DNA from: an uncultured archaeon
GTDB taxonomy: Archaea > Asgardarchaeota > Lokiarchaeia > Sigyniarchaeales > SOKP01
Assembly: GCA_964583985.1 (NCBI GenBank)
Contig: CAZOYD010000095.1
Coordinates: 1-10,693 of the forward strand
Direction: 5' to 3'
DNA length: 10,693 nt
The notes below the pieces were generated by a model. The model was not told where the DNA came from, made no database searches, and saw only the letters and a program-made list of their open reading frames with translations. This document shows positions 7,302 through 10,693 of this stretch, in pieces; within the stretch, counting starts at the first letter, position 1, and the number at the start of each line of letters is the position of its first letter. Both the position numbers and the translations under genes were made by a program.

Positions 7302-8246
7302 TTATAAATCTAAGACTTCGCTTGCCACGCCCTCAATTGCTTGCTTTGCGGGAAGACCTTTTAATAAATCAGATTTCACGCGATCAACAAGTAATTGAGC
7401 AGTAAATGGTTTTCCGTTATTATCAATGCGATTGACCGTGTGCCATCCTCGATAAACCCAAACTTTATCTCCTGCAGCTCTAAAAACTTCACCATTCACC
7501 CTTCTCGCTTCATCTGAAGCTAAAAATACAATGAGAGGAGCAAAATGAGCTGGATCGAACACATCCAAGCCTTTTGATGTTTTCTGACTCATGAAGTCTA
7601 CCATTTTAGGAGTTGCATCTGTTGTAAGCCGAGTTCGAGCCATTGGAACAACACAATTAACGGTTGCATATTTTTTTAGTTCCATTGAAGTGATTAATGT
7701 GAATGCTGCGATACCCGCTTTAGCAGCTCCATAATTTGCTTGACCAAGATTACCTAACAATCCAGCATCTGAGGCAGTGTTAATAATCCTCCCAAAATTT
7801 TTCTTTTTAGGATCTTCTTTACCAACTTTTCTGAAATATTCTGCTGCGTGTCTCGTTAAATTAAATGTTCCTTTCAAGTGTACTGCAATAACTGCATCGA
7901 ATTCTGATTCTGCCATATTGAAAATCATTCGATCTCGCAATATTCCTGCGTTATTTACAACAATATCTAAATGTCCGAATTCCTTAATTGCTTGATCAAT
8001 CATCCCCTTCGCTTTATTAAAGTCCGCTACCGAATCATAATTGCCAACCGCTTTAACTCCAAGAGCCTTACATTCATTAGCAACTTCATCAGCGAATTTT
8101 GATTCTCCTCCTTCTCCGTCAAAACTCCCACCAAGATCATTGATAACTAAATTGCATCCTTCTCTTGCCATTGCAAGTGCTTCTTCTCGACCTAAACCGC
8201 GTCCAGCACCCGTAATAATGGCAACCTTTCCATCTAATAATCCCAT
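7302..8246 (-). CDS. Classical SDR oxidoreductase, (3R)-hydroxyacyl-CoA dehydrogenase (MFE-2/HSD17B4)-like
   Basis: TGAGRGLG (Rossmann), VINDLGGSFDGEG, VNNAGILRDRM, VHLKGTF, GRIINTAS, GNLGQANYGAAKAG (YxxxK) and P-x-ARTRLT, plus a C-terminal extension. Confidence 0.93.
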   Translation of the reverse strand: MGLLDGKVAIITGAGRGLGREEALAMAREGCNLVINDLGGSFDGEGGESKFADEVANECKALGVKAVGNYDSVADFNKAKGMIDQAIKEFGHLDIVVNNAGILRDRMIFNMAESEFDAVIAVHLKGTFNLTRHAAEYFRKVGKEDPKKKNFGRIINTASDAGLLGNLGQANYGAAKAGIAAFTLITSMELKKYATVNCVVPMARTRLTTDATPKMVDFMSQKTSKGLDVFDPAHFAPLIVFLASDEARRVNGEVFRAAGDKVWVYRGWHTVNRIDNNGKPFTAQLLVDRVKSDLLKGLPAKQAIEGVASEVLDL

Positions 8247-8376
8247 CTTTTCTACCTATTTTGATTTTTTATATTATTTAATAAGTTATTATAAGTAAAA
8301 TTCCAATTTTAACCTTAAAGAATTTAAAAAATATTACTTTCATTACTTCAATTACGATAATCGAAAATATTAACCA

Positions 8377-8877
8377 ATGGAAGCCATAACTCATAATTTA
8401 GTAGGTGTCATCATCCAAATTGCATGTTTTAGATATTTTTTATTCCCTCTAAACATCATCTTTACAATATGCTTCGCATATCTTTCCCACCTATTAGTTG
8501 ATGCATTATCTAAAATAACTTATCATACTCCTGATGCAAAGAAGGATGATAAATTTTGGATCGTTTGGCATGTAATTATTTATTCTGCTTCAATATTATC
8601 AATAATCATTTTAATAGTACCCTTCTGGTTAGGAATTCTGTTTGCAAATATAATCGATATATGGGATTGGTTCATTTTAAGACCTCTTCAAAAAAAGAAG
8701 ATAAACTTCGGAGCTAATGCAAATTGGGGTCAAAAATGGTACTTACATAGACAATCTGATTGGGTTCGTGATAAATTCTTCGGATGGCTCCCTAACTGGA
8801 GATATAAACATTATGGAATCATTACAGAATTAATCATCATCATTTTTTTATCAATCATTATTATCATAATTCTATAA
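8377..8877 (+). CDS. Integral membrane protein, putative metal-dependent hydrolase (YdjM/phospholipase C-P1-like His/Asp motifs)
   Basis: About 4 hydrophobic segments, with ITHNLVG, SHLLVD, YHTPD, WH, DIWDW and LH as candidate metal ligands. The CDS is well supported; the function is tentative. Confidence 0.6.
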   Translation: MEAITHNLVGVIIQIACFRYFLFPLNIIFTICFAYLSHLLVDALSKITYHTPDAKKDDKFWIVWHVIIYSASILSIIILIVPFWLGILFANIIDIWDWFILRPLQKKKINFGANANWGQKWYLHRQSDWVRDKFFGWLPNWRYKHYGIITELIIIIFLSIIIIIIL

Positions 8878-9264
8878 AAAATCTCGGAGTTCTGAGAAAT
8901 AGAACAGATGACTATCACAACTACAATCAGAGCACCCAAAATTAGGAATATATTTCTCGCAAGAATCCCTGAGTTCTCTAGAAAGAATACATTCTAAACG
9001 TTCTAGTGATGGTATTAAAAAAAGTTTTATAATTTGAGACTTTTCACTTTCAAGTAGATAGTCAATATGCCAATGTATCTTCTTGCTATTGGATGGGTTT
9101 AAATGTCTTTTTACGCGATTTATTAGAGTTGTCGAACCTTTATTTCCCATGGCTGAACCTACATAAATGTAATATCCTGCTTGAAATTCTTTTCTTCCAA
9201 GTGCCCCTATATTGATGAAAGTTTTCTTTTGAACATGGATTACTAAGAGGTAGGTGCCTTTCAT
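8872..9264 (-). CDS. DUF123 / Uri-superfamily GIY-YIG endonuclease
   Basis: KGTYLL, GYYIYVGSAMG, RVKRHL, HWHIDYLL, LECILS and C-terminal FGCSDCSCDSHLFY. Overlaps the convergent membrane-protein gene by 6 bp. Confidence 0.92.
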   Translation of the reverse strand: MKGTYLLVIHVQKKTFINIGALGRKEFQAGYYIYVGSAMGNKGSTTLINRVKRHLNPSNSKKIHWHIDYLLESEKSQIIKLFLIPSLERLECILSRELRDSCEKYIPNFGCSDCSCDSHLFYFSELRDFL

Positions 9265-9438
9265 TTACTTACATTTTTTTTTATGATCACGATAACATCC
9301 ATCGCAGAGAGCACCATTGCAATGAGGACAGAAATTTACACAGTTATCACATAGTTGGTTTGCACATTCTATGCATTCATAAAATATTTCGTTCGGATTT
9401 TCTCCACAATTTCGACATATTAGTTTTTGTTTTGACAT
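9265..9438 (-). CDS. 57-aa cysteine-rich zinc-finger micro-protein (not in ORF track)
   Basis: Manual translation gives MSKQKLICRNCGENPNEIFYECIECANQLCDNCVNFCPHCNGALCDGCYRDHKKKCK*, with five CxxC motifs plus HxxxC. GAGTGAA lies 4 nt before the ATG, and the stop abuts the DUF123 ATG. Confidence 0.9.
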   Translation of the reverse strand: MSKQKLICRNCGENPNEIFYECIECANQLCDNCVNFCPHCNGALCDGCYRDHKKKCK

Positions 9439-9584
9439 CTAATTCACTCTGATCTTTTAGATATAGTTATATTCAAGTTAAAAAAAAATCTTTATTATCC
9501 ATTCAATAAATTTATAACTGGAATTTAAAATACAAATGATTTTATGGAGGATAGATCTTCTTTTTATTTATACCCCGAATTAAC

Positions 9585-10693
9585 TTAATTAGATATGCTT
9601 TTAAATAAATCTAAATATTTTTCAAAATGACGGATAAGAAGAAATTCATTCCTCACTTTTTCTCGTCCTTTTTTTCCCATATTCTCAGCTATTTTTGGAT
9701 TCTTTAGTAAATATAATATTCTTTCCGCTGTTTCATCAATACTATTAACTAAGTACCCGCTTTCGCCATCCTTGATCTGAAGCCTAATCCCTCCTACATC
9801 TCCCCCAATTACGGGAGTTCCTTTCCATAAAGCTTCCGTTACGGTTAGTCCAAATCCTTCTCGAAGTGATTTTTGTACAATTATTTTAGAAACTCGTTGA
9901 AAAGCATTTACTTCAATGTCACCAACCCCATCTAAATTTGTTAAAATATGTATGTTTTCATCACCATTCGCATAGTCCTTTACTTTTTCAAGCCATTCTA
10001 CACCCTCAGGATCATCGTGTGCTAAACTCCCAATTAAAGCCAAGCGAATGGGAATTTTCTCTTTGACTTTATTATAAGCATCTACTACTCCTAAAGGATC
10101 TTTCCAAGGATCGAACCGAGACACTTGAGTTATTATAGGTAAATCAAGAGGAACATATTTCTGAACGATATTTTTGGCGGTATCAAGGTCCATCTCTTTA
10201 TTTTTTTCTGAAAAAGGATTGATGGATGGTGTAATATAAAATATTGGCTTATTTAATTCCGATTTTGCAAATTCTTTCATTGTAAAAATACGGGCATCAT
10301 ATTTCTGAAGAAAGGGAAAGATCAAATCCCACGCTTTTGGGTTTGGATTCGAAGTATCAATGTGACAGCGCCAAATCCATTTTCCCTTTCTTTTTTCGGC
10401 ATGTTTAATGACAGGGCATGGTTGAGGATCATGGATTATTACAAAATCTTCTTCAGGATGTACTTGATCGTAAATCTCTTTCGCTTGCTCTAAAAATTGA
10501 TTTACTTCTTCCGTTGAAAAATTTATTTTATAATTTCCTTGTAATGCATTATGCATCTTTTTTGATATTTGGAAAAAGCTATCGGGTGCGGAAAATGCTT
10601 TCCATTTAACATCAAGATTCAGTTCTTCCATTAAAGCAACCATGTTTTGTAAAATTTCAGCGACTCCTCCACCAAATTTAGTAGCATTTACAT
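9585..10693 (-). CDS. treT: Trehalose glycosyltransferring synthase TreT-like GT4 glycosyltransferase (5'-truncated)
   Basis: The frame stays open to the window end, reading (H)VNATKFGGGVAEILQN before the ORF-track Met. Further motifs are KKMHNALQG, IHDPQP, WIWRCHID, QVSRFDPWKD, HDDPEG and QKSLREGFGLTVTEALWKG. Confidence 0.9.
   Translation of the reverse strand, partial: VNATKFGGGVAEILQNMVALMEELNLDVKWKAFSAPDSFFQISKKMHNALQGNYKINFSTEEVNQFLEQAKEIYDQVHPEEDFVIIHDPQPCPVIKHAEKRKGKWIWRCHIDTSNPNPKAWDLIFPFLQKYDARIFTMKEFAKSELNKPIFYITPSINPFSEKNKEMDLDTAKNIVQKYVPLDLPIITQVSRFDPWKDPLGVVDAYNKVKEKIPIRLALIGSLAHDDPEGVEWLEKVKDYANGDENIHILTNLDGVGDIEVNAFQRVSKIIVQKSLREGFGLTVTEALWKGTPVIGGDVGGIRLQIKDGESGYLVNSIDETAERILYLLKNPKIAENMGKKGREKVRNEFLLIRHFEKYLDLFKSISN

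Noticed and set aside
6188-8298. ORFs 6188-6568(-), 6253-6468(-), 7777-7995(+) and 8041-8298(+)
   Set aside because: Antisense shadows of the M20 and SDR genes.
8872-9264. GIY-YIG gene as a homing endonuclease or mobile element
   Set aside because: DUF123-type, lacks a DNA-binding extension, does not interrupt a host gene and has no flanking repeats.
10418-10609. 63-aa plus-strand ORF
   Set aside because: Antisense to treT, with no motifs.
1-10693. Selenocysteine/pyrrolysine recoding, frameshifted pseudogenes, tRNA or rRNA genes
   Set aside because: The recognisable genes appear full-length at their stops, and no cloverleaf, SECIS-like stem or rRNA-like segment was found by eye; a covariance-model scan would be needed to exclude them fully.

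Overview
AT-rich, gene-dense archaeal-looking window. An Asgard/Lokiarchaeia-type origin is inferred from the archaeal-style GatB, a stand-alone Roadblock/LC7 gene, DUF123, TreT and an MFE-2-like SDR; the sequence does not prove this. Gene order: 5'-truncated HD-domain protein, gatA-gatB (no adjacent gatC), Roadblock/LC7 (-), a tandem-GNAT acyltransferase, an AbgB-like M20 amidohydrolase, a small helical hypothetical, an SDR (-), a putative membrane metal-dependent hydrolase, a DUF123 GIY-YIG nuclease (-), a 57-aa Cys-rich zinc-finger gene missing from the ORF track (-), and 5'-truncated trehalose synthase TreT (-). No RNA genes, CRISPR arrays or mobile elements were seen. Two leads stand out. 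(1) The tandem GNAT has N-myristoyltransferase-like size and motif layout plus a hydrophobic insert, and lies head-to-head with the Roadblock gene. (2) The unannotated 11-Cys micro-protein abuts the GIY-YIG nuclease in frame (TAA-ATG). All family calls come from motif recognition by eye; no searches were run.
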